Assembly: GCF_000018105.1 (NCBI RefSeq)
Contig: NC_009925.1
Coordinates: 480,001-512,000, forward strand
Reading direction: 5' to 3'
DNA from: Acaryochloris marina MBIC11017
GTDB lineage: Bacteria > Cyanobacteriota > Cyanobacteriia > Thermosynechococcales > Thermosynechococcaceae
DNA: 32,000 bases
This document shows, one piece after another, positions 1 through 7,511 of this stretch (position 1 is the first letter of the stretch; each line of letters opens with the position of its first letter). Position numbers and translations under genes: made by a program. Below the pieces are notes generated by a model. That model was not told the origin of the DNA. It did no database searches and worked only from the letters and a program-made list of their open reading frames with translations.

Positions 1-348
1 AAGAAACCTTTTTTCGTTGCATATCGTTATATTGTAGCGATACTTAGATGGTACTGCAGGAAATGCCTTCAGAAATGTTCTACTCACCCCCTGATATACG
101 AGACTTGGTATGGTTAATTGAGTGGATAAATCATCTAGCTTTCTCGTAGTTCTTATCATGGGCTTATATATGGGGATTTAAAGAATGCTAATTTTTTACT
201 ATCTCATAGAACAATAAACTATTATGAATGTTCCCACTGATCATTTGGAATATATGGATTTGCGCAGCTTTGGATTGATTGATACTATTTATTCATTAGA
301 CCTCTTGCAATATTCATTTGACGATGTGGTATTGCTGTTTGCCATCCC

Positions 349-801
349 TCAAGTTGTCAAAGATAGCTCGTAGTTATAGATAGCTGCAATCAAGTTACAC
401 CGCAGCGCGTAGCGACGACGACGATTGCGATAGCGCTCCGACAGAATTCTGAAAATCTTCAGGCTGCGATTAATGTGTTCAATGCCCATTCGTTCCTGAC
501 TCAGAGCACGGTTATACTCTCGCTGCAGGGAAGTCAGTTCACCGTGTTGTGGCTTCTTGAGAGGAACATAGCTGTTGGTATGATAGGCTGCAATCCCTTG
601 ATATCCGCTATCTTGCAGACTCTCGGTATCTGGATGGATATGGATACCTGAAACCTTGAAGATCTGAAAATCATGCCGACGACCTGGACCAACGTTAAGG
701 CAGATAATCTCTAAAGTGTTGCGGTTAGCGATAATCTGGTATTTGAAGGTATGTCTCTTTTTTTTCCTGAATAATACGCTTTTTGTCTTGTCTGGGGACG
801 T
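349..801 (-). CDS. IS5-family transposase, downstream -1 frame (orfB: C-terminal part of DDE domain)
   Basis: This is my own translation; the frame has no early Met, so it is absent from the ORF track. It reads ...KKKRHTFKYQIIANRNTLEIICLNVGPGRRHDFQIFKVSGIHIHPDTESLQDSGYQGIAAYHTNSYVPLKKPQHGELTSLQREYNRALSQERMGIEHINRSLKIFRILSERYRNRRRRYALRCNLIAAIYNYELSLTT, with stop TGA at 349-351. The frame is open from 801 and overlaps orfA. It joins orfA by a -1 shift in the A8 run. Confidence 0.7.
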   Translation of the reverse strand, partial: TSPDKTKSVLFRKKKRHTFKYQIIANRNTLEIICLNVGPGRRHDFQIFKVSGIHIHPDTESLQDSGYQGIAAYHTNSYVPLKKPQHGELTSLQREYNRALSQERMGIEHINRSLKIFRILSERYRNRRRRYALRCNLIAAIYNYELSLTT

Positions 802-1190
802 TCAATGGGCGTTTCAGTCACATCCATCACAACGACATCCGGTCGCTCGAACCCTTGTAGCAGAGATTTCTGACCGGGTAAGCGAAAGAGTCCTGAGTTC
901 ATCAGAGCGGTCTCGACCTGGTGGACAATACGGCAGACGGTTGATTCAGAGACTTCCCAATCTCCAGCAATGTGGAAATAGGTCCGATATTCTCGCCAAT
1001 ATTGAAGGGCTACCAACAGTTGATCACATCGACACAACTTTGGAGGACGCCCTGCATTAGAGCGACTCAGGTGATAGGTATGCCATGCATGGAGCATGGG
1101 TTTAAAGGTTCGCTTGTAGACTCCAGTTCGTCGCTTAAAGTCCTTCGCACTCAGCTGTTGGGCTGTTTCGTAATTCATTGGATATGGCAC
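711..1190 (-). CDS. IS5-family transposase, upstream frame (orfA: HTH plus first part of DDE domain)
   Basis: ORF track 159 aa. It contains ...VVVMDVTETPIERP...YYSGKK, typical of DDE_Tnp_4 transposases. The codon at 1188-1190 is GTG, and an ATG lies at 1176-1178 (MNYETAQ). The frame ends at TAG 711-713, shortly after an A8 run. Confidence 0.8.
   Translation of the reverse strand: MPYPMNYETAQQLSAKDFKRRTGVYKRTFKPMLHAWHTYHLSRSNAGRPPKLCRCDQLLVALQYWREYRTYFHIAGDWEVSESTVCRIVHQVETALMNSGLFRLPGQKSLLQGFERPDVVVMDVTETPIERPQTRQKAYYSGKKRDIPSNTRLSLTATL
758..765 (-). other. A8 homopolymer (A_AAA_AAA in orfA frame): candidate -1 frameshift site or one-base indel in the transposase
   Basis: The plus strand shows T8 at 758-765. 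On the minus strand the orfA frame reads GGA AAA AAA AGA and the -1 frame reads AAA AAA AAG AGA CAT. The fusion gives YSGKK(K)RHTFKYQ, matching the single-ORF YSGKKKRHT pattern I recall for this family. Confidence 0.6.
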
Positions 1191-1729
1191 TGAATAGAAA
1201 GAACATCAGGCTCAATACCATATCGCACATTCAATTATGCAAGAGGTCTATTAAGAAATTAGAAGGTTTTTCTGGTTTTCTGAGGTTGAGCTGGGCACTA
1301 GTTTGCTAATGGGCTCTATAAATCATGCTTCCGACGTAAAACGAGTAGATACTGTGGAATACTCGATCTGACGGAGCTGGGAGGTCAATCCGTAGGGCTT
1401 TGATTTCTACAAAAGGTGGTGTTTCAATAAAGGCACCGGTCCCCCACTAGTTCAGTGGGCTATGCCATCAAGGCTCGCGCGAAAGATATAAGGGCGATGA
1501 ACTGTAGGTCGCACCATTGGTCCATCCAATAACCTCATCATGGGTTGGCAAACTCCCTTGGCAGACCAAGCATGAAACTGGCCACCCCTAGCACTAGCTG
1601 ACGGTTGAAAGGTATGAGGTTACCTGTGCGAACGAGAAACTTTCCCCATCCAGGCTTAAGGCTGGACCATTCAATTTATTGAATGTGAGAGTTGCTTTTG
1701 GGTTACAGCATGGGTTAGGCGCTGGTCTT

Positions 1730-1735
1730 TAACTG
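1730..1735. repeat. Target-site duplication of outer IS, left copy (TAACTG)
   Basis: An identical hexamer directly abuts the right IR at 4927-4932. Confidence 0.8.
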
Positions 1736-2041
1736 CTTGAGTTTGGACTAAAGCAAACGAGAAAAGCAGTCAATGAAGTACACCGACTGCTTTAAGGTCA
1801 ATGAATCATCACACTCATTGCCCTTATGATTTTCGACCATCTGCGTCAATTCCGCCAAACTCTGTATAGCTGCTTTGGCGCCAGTAAAGACGCGTTATTT
1901 GAGCTAATGGATGCGGTATTGATGAGTCCGAGCCTGCGTTCATTTGTGTGTTTGTCTCAACATCCTATCTTCCGTCGTCAATGGTCGAGTACCTATTCAG
2001 CCCTGCATGATGGTCGTATCCATCGTGCCAAACTTCACCGA

Positions 2042-2047
2042 TATTTA
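2042..2047. repeat. Target-site duplication of inner IS, left copy (TATTTA)
   Basis: The same hexamer is at 3745-3750. Removing the IS plus one copy restores the outer ORF in frame. Confidence 0.75.
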
Positions 2048-3628
2048 GGGTTTGCTGAGAAAGTAAATTGAGCAAATTCCATGCATCAAATCGTACAAGC
2101 AACCCATTTGTGACGGCCAGAGCCATATCCTTTGACTGGCCCTAGCAAAGCCCCAAGGAAGTCCTGACAGCTCCATAACGCTTTCCAAAACCAGCAATCC
2201 CACCCCAAAAATGAACGATAAAAAGTGGCTGAGCCACCGCTCCAGATTCATGACCAAGAACGTGATAGCAATCGCACTGGCAGCCGTATCCGCTAACTTC
2301 GCCATCACTCGATTCAAGCCAAACCGTCGCTTGGCCTGCCCAAACTTACCCTCAATCTGGACCCTCACCTTTTCATCCTCACACGCTTGTTGCTTGAGTT
2401 GGGTCTGTACTTGTGGGTCTTGTTGAGGTCTTCCTAACGGCGGTCCACTCAAGCGAATCCCCCGAGCTTTACACCATCGTCGATTAGCCCGAGTCCGATA
2501 GATTTGGTCAGCATGGACTGAGAAAGGATAATGGCCAAAGCGACGACGAAAGGCTTCCACTTGATGTTGAAGATGCTGGGATTCATTGAACGCATCCCAA
2601 CTCAAGCGCTCCAGAAACACACATCCACGCACACAACTGAGGGATAGCTTGGCTCCAAACTCAACGGGTGTTCCAGCTTTGCCTCGGACCATCGGTCGGA
2701 CATGAGGCTGACTCATACTGACAATCCGGTCGTCCACTCGACGTACTGACTGTTGATACATCCATTCTTGCTGTCGAAAGACTTCATGAATCACCAGCAA
2801 CAGACGGTACTGCCGCCGGGACAATTGGGATAGGGAAGCCCCCAATGTTATCAACCCATCAATATGGGCTAGATTGCGACGCACATAGCCCAACTGCTGA
2901 CGAATCCCTTTACGAATCAGCTTGCGGCTCGGTTGACGTTTTTTGGCAATGGCCAGATAGGCTTTGCGGGCCTTCTGGCGGTAGGTGCGAGGTTTGCACT
3001 TGAGGGACAGCATGACTTGAGCATATAAAGCATCGAGGATGGCTTCGCTTGCTTTGCGGGCATCATTGAGCAAATCCAAGTCTGTCGGATAGCGAATATC
3101 GGCTGGTGCACAGGTCGCATCTATCAACAATTGGCCCTGGTTGGGAGGGGCAGGAGGCTCATCTTCATCATCGTCAGAGGGAGGAGATGACTCAGGGGAC
3201 ATCGCCACAGGAGACCCCTCGGATGCCAGCACAGAGTCCACGACTGCGTCATTGACTTGAGCTAGCAGCTCTAGATTCAACCGTTGGCGAAAGTGAACCA
3301 GCATGGAGGCATCAAACGGAGCACTCTCTCGATATTCACTAAACCCCAGAAAGTACTGCAAGTAGGGGTTCTCTCGAATCTGTTCTACGGTCTCTGCGTC
3401 GGATATACCCAGTTTCTCTTTGATGATTAAGGTCCCTAAGGCCACACGAAAGGGTTTGGCAGGTGCCCCCATGGTCTGACTGAATTGGTCTGCATATTCT
3501 GACTCAAAGCTCTCCCAAGGAATCAACTCGGCTAGTTTGACCCAGCGATTCTCTCCTGAAAGTTTCCCTCCAAAGGGCAAGTAGAAGTTCTCAAAGGACA
3601 GTTGACCGGGGGATGGACGGCGATACAT
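2045..3628 (-). CDS. IS5/IS1182-family transposase (InsH-type N-terminal domain plus DDE domain), 527 aa, apparently intact
   Basis: ATG at 3626-3628. The N-terminus GQLSFENFYLPFGGKLSGENRWVKLAELIPW...GAPAKPFRVALGTLIIKEKLGISDAETVEQIRENPYLQYFLGF is characteristic of IS5/IS1182 transposases. The C-terminal half has GKAGTPVEFGAKLS...HADQIYRTRANRRWC. The ORF runs through the IS end, and the stop TAA (2045-2047) lies in the duplicated target. Confidence 0.85.
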   Translation of the reverse strand: MYRRPSPGQLSFENFYLPFGGKLSGENRWVKLAELIPWESFESEYADQFSQTMGAPAKPFRVALGTLIIKEKLGISDAETVEQIRENPYLQYFLGFSEYRESAPFDASMLVHFRQRLNLELLAQVNDAVVDSVLASEGSPVAMSPESSPPSDDDEDEPPAPPNQGQLLIDATCAPADIRYPTDLDLLNDARKASEAILDALYAQVMLSLKCKPRTYRQKARKAYLAIAKKRQPSRKLIRKGIRQQLGYVRRNLAHIDGLITLGASLSQLSRRQYRLLLVIHEVFRQQEWMYQQSVRRVDDRIVSMSQPHVRPMVRGKAGTPVEFGAKLSLSCVRGCVFLERLSWDAFNESQHLQHQVEAFRRRFGHYPFSVHADQIYRTRANRRWCKARGIRLSGPPLGRPQQDPQVQTQLKQQACEDEKVRVQIEGKFGQAKRRFGLNRVMAKLADTAASAIAITFLVMNLERWLSHFLSFIFGVGLLVLESVMELSGLPWGFARASQRIWLWPSQMGCLYDLMHGICSIYFLSKP

Positions 3629-3744
3629 CGGGTTGCAGGTGCAAGGGTTTTAAATATTTTGAATGATTTTCCTTGCACTTCTCAAGGGCCCTCAACACTT
3701 GGATACACTGCAAATATTGGAACTTAGACTTCCGAAGCAAGCCC
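2048..3744 (-). mobile_element. IS5/IS1182-like insertion sequence (inner element) inserted into the outer IS transposase gene
   Basis: Imperfect terminal inverted repeats: GGGTTTGCTGAGAAAGTAAA (2048-) versus the reverse complement of the right end, GGGCTTGCTTCGGAAGTCTA (-3744), about 15/20 matches. It is flanked by the direct repeat TATTTA (2042-2047 and 3745-3750), or 7 bp TATTTAG if the first G is counted as target. Confidence 0.8.
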
Positions 3745-3750
3745 TATTTA
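3745..3750. repeat. Target-site duplication of inner IS, right copy (TATTTA)
   Basis: The same hexamer is at 2042-2047. Confidence 0.75.
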
Positions 3751-4926
3751 GTTCGACAAGTTTCCACTCAAGACCAGCCGCTCTTCGTGGGAGATAGTAG
3801 TCCTTGGCTGCGTCCCGAGGCCAAGACCCTCAAAGACAGAGGTTTTCATCATCAAGGGGGACATACTGTCGGGGTAGGCCAAAGTTATAGCACCCTTTCT
3901 TGGGTCCCAGACGAAAGTCAGCATTGGGCACTGCCCCTACGCCATGAACGAATCACGAGCTTTGAGACCGCTTTGACCAAAGCCACGTTTCAATTAAAGC
4001 AAGTCTGTCGTCATTTGCCGGTGCGTCCTCTAGCCGCGTTTGACCGTCACTACGGTAATGGCATCTTTCTCAATCACACTGCAGGGATTGAAGTCGACCT
4101 GTTATTGCGCTTAGCATCCAATCGCTGTGTCTATGGTATTCCCCTCGCCTATTCAGGACGAGGGGCTCCTCGTAAGCATGGACATAAGTTCAAATTGAAT
4201 GCCCCTAATACATATCCAGAAGCCAGCGAAATATTGGAGATAGAAGACACCCAACTTGGACAGGTCAGAGTAACTCGCTGGAGCCAATTCCATTTCCGTA
4301 ATTCGGCCAAACGAGAAATGGAAATTTTGCGCGTTGAGATCATCCAACCGAAAGGTAAACGACGAAAGTTTAAGCCGCTTTGGCTGGCCTGGACTGGAGA
4401 ATGCATGCCAAGTCTGGAGCGATTATGGCGAAGATATCTGCAGCGCTTTAGCATTGAGCATTGGTATCGATTTGCCAAACAACGGCTCTATTGGACGACC
4501 CCTCAACTCACGTCCAATGAAGCGACAGAGCGATGGAGTACTTTGATTGGGATGATATCTTGGCAATTGTGGTTTGCTCGGTCAGACTGTATGGATACGC
4601 CTTTACCCTGGCAGTCTCCTCAACAAGTTCTATCACCAGGACGCGTCGCTCAAGCATTCCCAAGTATTATTGCGGCGATTGGAACACCTGCTCAAGCACC
4701 AAAAACTCGCGGTAAATCACCCGGACGCAAGCAAGGCCAATCTCAACCACCAAGAACTCGATATCCAACGGTCAAAAAACGAGTCTCCAAACGCAGGAAA
4801 GCAAAGATTGTCTCAAAAACCGCTGCTTAACTGCTGAGTTAATACCAGAAAAACTTATGCTCAGGCTTTCAAGGGCCATGGGATATTTTACTCTGTCTGG
4901 AGATTTAAACTTAGTCCAAACTCAAG

Positions 4927-4932
4927 TAACTG
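4927..4932. repeat. Target-site duplication of outer IS, right copy (TAACTG)
   Basis: An identical hexamer directly abuts the left IR at 1730-1735. Confidence 0.8.
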
Positions 4933-5022
4933 GCCAATGTCGATGGAAATTTGGCTATCGTAGAGATTGGGAGATTGAAGCACTTCTCCCGTTGCATCTG
5001 TTGGAATATCCTTGCTTGAATC

Positions 5023-5409
5023 CTAAAAAAAGCTGGTTACTTTACCGACAATACAATCTAAAGGAACAGCATGAAATACCCGACTATCAGTACTTTCAGG
5101 CGCATTATCTCCTATTAGAAAATAGGAATTGTCGTCCACTGACTGAATACGCTTGATTAAATAAAGCTGACTTTGAAAAGGGTGCCGAGCCAACACGATA
5201 TCACCAACTTGAGGAGTTGTTAGTCGATAGGCTCGCGGATCAATTAAAACTTGGTCGCCAGGGCTTAGGGTTGGCATCATTGATCGCCCCTGCACCTCCC
5301 AACGCCGTCGTCGTCGACAGCACCATAGCAAGAACTCCCAAACTGAGCAGTCTGGGAGTGGTGAACTTACGGGGAAATCTGGTTTAACTAGCTTTGTACC
5401 AAGACACAT
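5023..5409 (-). CDS. sodX: Ni-SOD maturation peptidase SodX (S26 signal-peptidase family)
   Basis: It has the GRSMMPTLSPGD motif (catalytic Ser of S26 peptidases) and lies immediately downstream of sodN. The ORF-track start at 5454 is a TTG; I prefer ATG at 5407-5409 (MCLGTKL...). Either start overlaps the end of sodN. Confidence 0.8.
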   Translation of the reverse strand: MCLGTKLVKPDFPVSSPLPDCSVWEFLLWCCRRRRRWEVQGRSMMPTLSPGDQVLIDPRAYRLTTPQVGDIVLARHPFQSQLYLIKRIQSVDDNSYFLIGDNAPESTDSRVFHAVPLDCIVGKVTSFF

Positions 5410-5863
5410 CCGTTCGGTTTTTAGTTGCCCAAAAGACTTTATGAACTTCTTCAACTGCTGCTAGCAACTCCTCTGCATGCTGGAGATTGACCTCCACCTT
5501 GCAAGAAGAACAAAGCTTAGCTGCTTTCCAAAACATATCGTGCAGATTGGGATACTGCTCTAGGTGCTGAGGCTTAAAATAGTCCGTCCACAGGATTAAA
5601 ATTTCTTCTTTAGCCTTTTGAGCCTGCTCTTCTTTAATTTGGATATATCGCGACATCGTATTCAGATAAGTCGCCATAGCCTGCGGGTTTTGATCGGCTG
5701 GTGGTTGCAGATCCAAAATCTTACGTGTCATCGACACTACCGCTTCGGTATAAATTCTGGCTGTCGCTGGATCATATACCCCACAGGGACCATCACAGTG
5801 AGCGTGAGCAACAGGAGTCGGGAACCAACGCTTAATTAGAGTCTTAATTTGTCGCAGAACCAT
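5384..5863 (-). CDS. sodN: Nickel superoxide dismutase precursor
   Basis: The nickel-hook motif HCDGPCGVYDP follows a 21-aa leader (MVLRQIKTLIKRWFPTPVAHA). ATG at 5861-5863. The gene is adjacent to sodX. Confidence 0.95.
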   Translation of the reverse strand: MVLRQIKTLIKRWFPTPVAHAHCDGPCGVYDPATARIYTEAVVSMTRKILDLQPPADQNPQAMATYLNTMSRYIQIKEEQAQKAKEEILILWTDYFKPQHLEQYPNLHDMFWKAAKLCSSCKVEVNLQHAEELLAAVEEVHKVFWATKNRTDVSWYKAS

Positions 5864-5924
5864 AACTAATCCTTAATCTGAATCGAAACAATCTTCGCCA
5901 AGGTGTCAGTCAAATCCATGATTA

Positions 5925-6413
5925 CTATACACTCAACAACCGGGGTTGTATCTGACTAAAAAACATCTGAGCAAGCTCAGTGTTATGTTCGAACACCCTG
6001 CGAGCTTTATCCTGCTGTCCTAGACGCAGATAAAACTCATAGACCTTGAGGCTAACCATTTTCAATGCTTTTGCAGCTTCGATGCGGAGGCATTGAAAAT
6101 AGTGGGTGGCATGCATCAAATCAACCACTCGATCCAACGCTTGTTGCATCGTGGTTTCTGCAACCTGGAAATCCTCAAGTTTTACTAAATTATCGGCCAA
6201 ATTGTGGCAAGCCATCACATAAGCATGGATAGCTTCCGGGTGACGACGCTCTTTTTTGGCAGTCATCAACATTAACTCAGCTAAGGCAATGGCTTTGCGA
6301 TAGGCATGAAGCGCTTCCAGATATGAACCTGCAAGCAGGCACTGATTGCCTGCTTGAGTGTGCAACTGCCAGTTCAATTCGTAGGAAGAGTAAATCTGAG
6401 GATCGTAAGCCAT
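5925..6413 (-). CDS. Hypothetical helical (TPR-like) protein
   Basis: 162-aa ORF with ATG at 6411-6413, in the same orientation as and 61 nt upstream of sodN. It contains helix-repeat-like segments (AGSYLEALHAYRKAIALAE..., HAYVMACHNLADNLVKLEDFQVAE). I do not recognise a family. Confidence 0.5.
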   Translation of the reverse strand: MAYDPQIYSSYELNWQLHTQAGNQCLLAGSYLEALHAYRKAIALAELMLMTAKKERRHPEAIHAYVMACHNLADNLVKLEDFQVAETTMQQALDRVVDLMHATHYFQCLRIEAAKALKMVSLKVYEFYLRLGQQDKARRVFEHNTELAQMFFSQIQPRLLSV

Positions 6414-6978
6414 ATCGAGCGATTCTTTTGAGTGAAGTAGACCAGGATTACCCGTCGATCAACTATTTCTACCGTCAGGGTATGAATTAAATATCTTTTT
6501 TTCAGCCTTGAACTGAAGATAGAGTTGGGCTGCCTCCCTGAGGGTAGAAACTGCTAAACACCTTTTTCTGCCTTGATTCACAAACGATATCGGTAAAGAC
6601 TTATCAGCACGACTCACCGATTCAAACCATTAGCTACTGAGTATTTTGCTGGCTAAGCCATCACCATAGACCTTATGCTGTCATATCTAGTCACCAATTG
6701 CAAACTGTTATCAATAAGCAGTTTAAGGGGTTTCAGCACATCATCTCAGGGATCCTTACTCCTGGAGTTTTGCTTGCAGTCCAGCCTTTTTTCAAGCCGA
6801 TAGATACAAAGGGGGGCATAGCCAAAGAGAGAGCATGTTCAGATACCTACCTTGGGGGAGCGACGTTCATAACAATCCCCGCAAAGAGATGTTGAAAAGC
6901 TTGAAATCTTCTGTCGTTTGAAAACACTCAGGAAAAAATCATGGCAGGGTAAGGTTGAATCGATTTAATTAAGTTGCC

Positions 6979-7485
6979 GTGCTAACGCTTCACCCCCATC
7001 AAATGGATCAGATTTATGACCATGCCCAGGACTGCTATCCCGAAGAGTGCTGCGGGCTAATGCTTGGGAAAATCCTAGAACCAGATGCTCAATTAGAAAA
7101 GAAACTGTTTGAACTCTATCCTCTAGATAATGCTTGGGAGCAAGCCGAATCATCTATACGAATAGAAGAGTCAGGAACACCGTTAACCGCAACCCGCCGC
7201 TATTGGATTGCCCCTCAAGATTTATTTAACGCTCAGAAATACGCACGCACACAGGGGTGGGATATTATAGGGGTCTACCACTCACATCCCGATCACGAAG
7301 CCGTGCCTTCTGAATGCGATCGCAAATGGGCTTGGCCCCAATATTCCTATGTGATAGTTGCCGTCAAAAACGGTGTACCCCACGACTTTCGCAATTGGAT
7401 ATTGGATGACCAGCAGCAATTTCGAGCAGAACCAGTAACGGTTGTGGATGATGTGGTCCCGTCAACCCTTGAAACAGATATTTAG
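6979..7485 (+). CDS. JAB/MPN (Mov34) family metalloprotease
   Basis: JAMM motif: E in YPEECCGLMLG, then HSHPDHEAVPSECD (H-x-H-x7-S-xx-D). The start is GTG at 6979; the segment LTLHPHQMDQIYDHA fits the usual N-terminus. An alternative ATG is at 7003. Confidence 0.85.
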   Translation: MLTLHPHQMDQIYDHAQDCYPEECCGLMLGKILEPDAQLEKKLFELYPLDNAWEQAESSIRIEESGTPLTATRRYWIAPQDLFNAQKYARTQGWDIIGVYHSHPDHEAVPSECDRKWAWPQYSYVIVAVKNGVPHDFRNWILDDQQQFRAEPVTVVDDVVPSTLETDI

Positions 7486-7511
7486 AAACCTCATACATCT
7501 TTCCTTTAAGG

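Larger units (their letters stand above)
297..1250 (-). mobile_element. Complete insertion sequence, IS5 family (Harbinger-like DDE_Tnp_4 transposase), about 954 bp
   Basis: 13-bp perfect terminal inverted repeats TAGACCTCTTGCA (297-309) and TGCAAGAGGTCTA (1238-1250) bracket a two-frame transposase gene (349-1190, minus strand). The terminal TA could instead be a TA target duplication, making the IS 299-1248. Confidence 0.8.
1826..4830 (+). pseudogene. IS4-superfamily DDE transposase gene, split by the inner IS (fragments 1826-2047 and 3751-4830)
   Basis: The N-terminal fragment ...AKLHRYL and the C-terminal fragment VRQVSTQDQPLFVGD... are in the same codon phase once 2048-3750 is removed, restoring about 433 codons. 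The C-terminal part carries the IS4 signature Y-(2)-R-(3)-E-(6)-K in YLQRFSIEHWYRFAK. The TTG start at 3673 in the ORF track is an artefact of the insertion. Confidence 0.85.
1736..4926 (+). mobile_element. IS4-superfamily insertion sequence (outer element), about 1.49 kb without its internal insertion
   Basis: 16-bp perfect terminal inverted repeats CTTGAGTTTGGACTAA (1736-1751) and TTAGTCCAAACTCAAG (4911-4926). They are flanked by a 6-bp direct repeat TAACTG (1730-1735 and 4927-4932). Confidence 0.85.

Noticed and set aside
1-296. A possible gene start on the minus strand (ATG at 20-22, running off the window) and a 27-codon plus-strand ORF (234-) interrupted by the first IS.
   Set aside because: Only 7 codons of the first are visible. 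The second is too short and featureless to support.
1668-1685. Perfect 8-bp palindrome CATTCAAT-TT-ATTGAATG as a terminator.
   Set aside because: A 2-nt loop is sterically implausible, the stem is AT-rich, and there is no U-tract.
1251-1735. Orphan 485-bp segment between two IS elements. The minus-strand frames give fragments such as ...RASLDGIAH*TSGGPVPLL, suggesting a decayed serine-protease-type gene (G-x-S-G-G-P).
   Set aside because: The segment has multiple stops and frame changes and no ORF longer than ~55 codons. The SGGP match is too short to support a pseudogene call without a tblastx/blastx search.
4857-5156. 99-aa plus-strand ORF.
   Set aside because: It lies antisense to sodX and spans the IS end and flank. 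It has no family resemblance, so it is a chance ORF.
6698-6895. 65-aa ORF upstream of the JAB gene, considered as the missing ThiS/MoaD-like ubiquitin-like carrier.
   Set aside because: It has no C-terminal Gly-Gly (it ends ...IPAKRC) and no beta-grasp-like pattern. It has a TTG start and a composition atypical for a carrier.
6500-6978. Possible Moco riboswitch upstream of JAB-moeB (GCCTCCCTGAGGG segment near 6530).
   Set aside because: It is only a short CCUC/GAGG hairpin about 430 nt upstream of the gene. I could not recognise the multi-stem Moco architecture.
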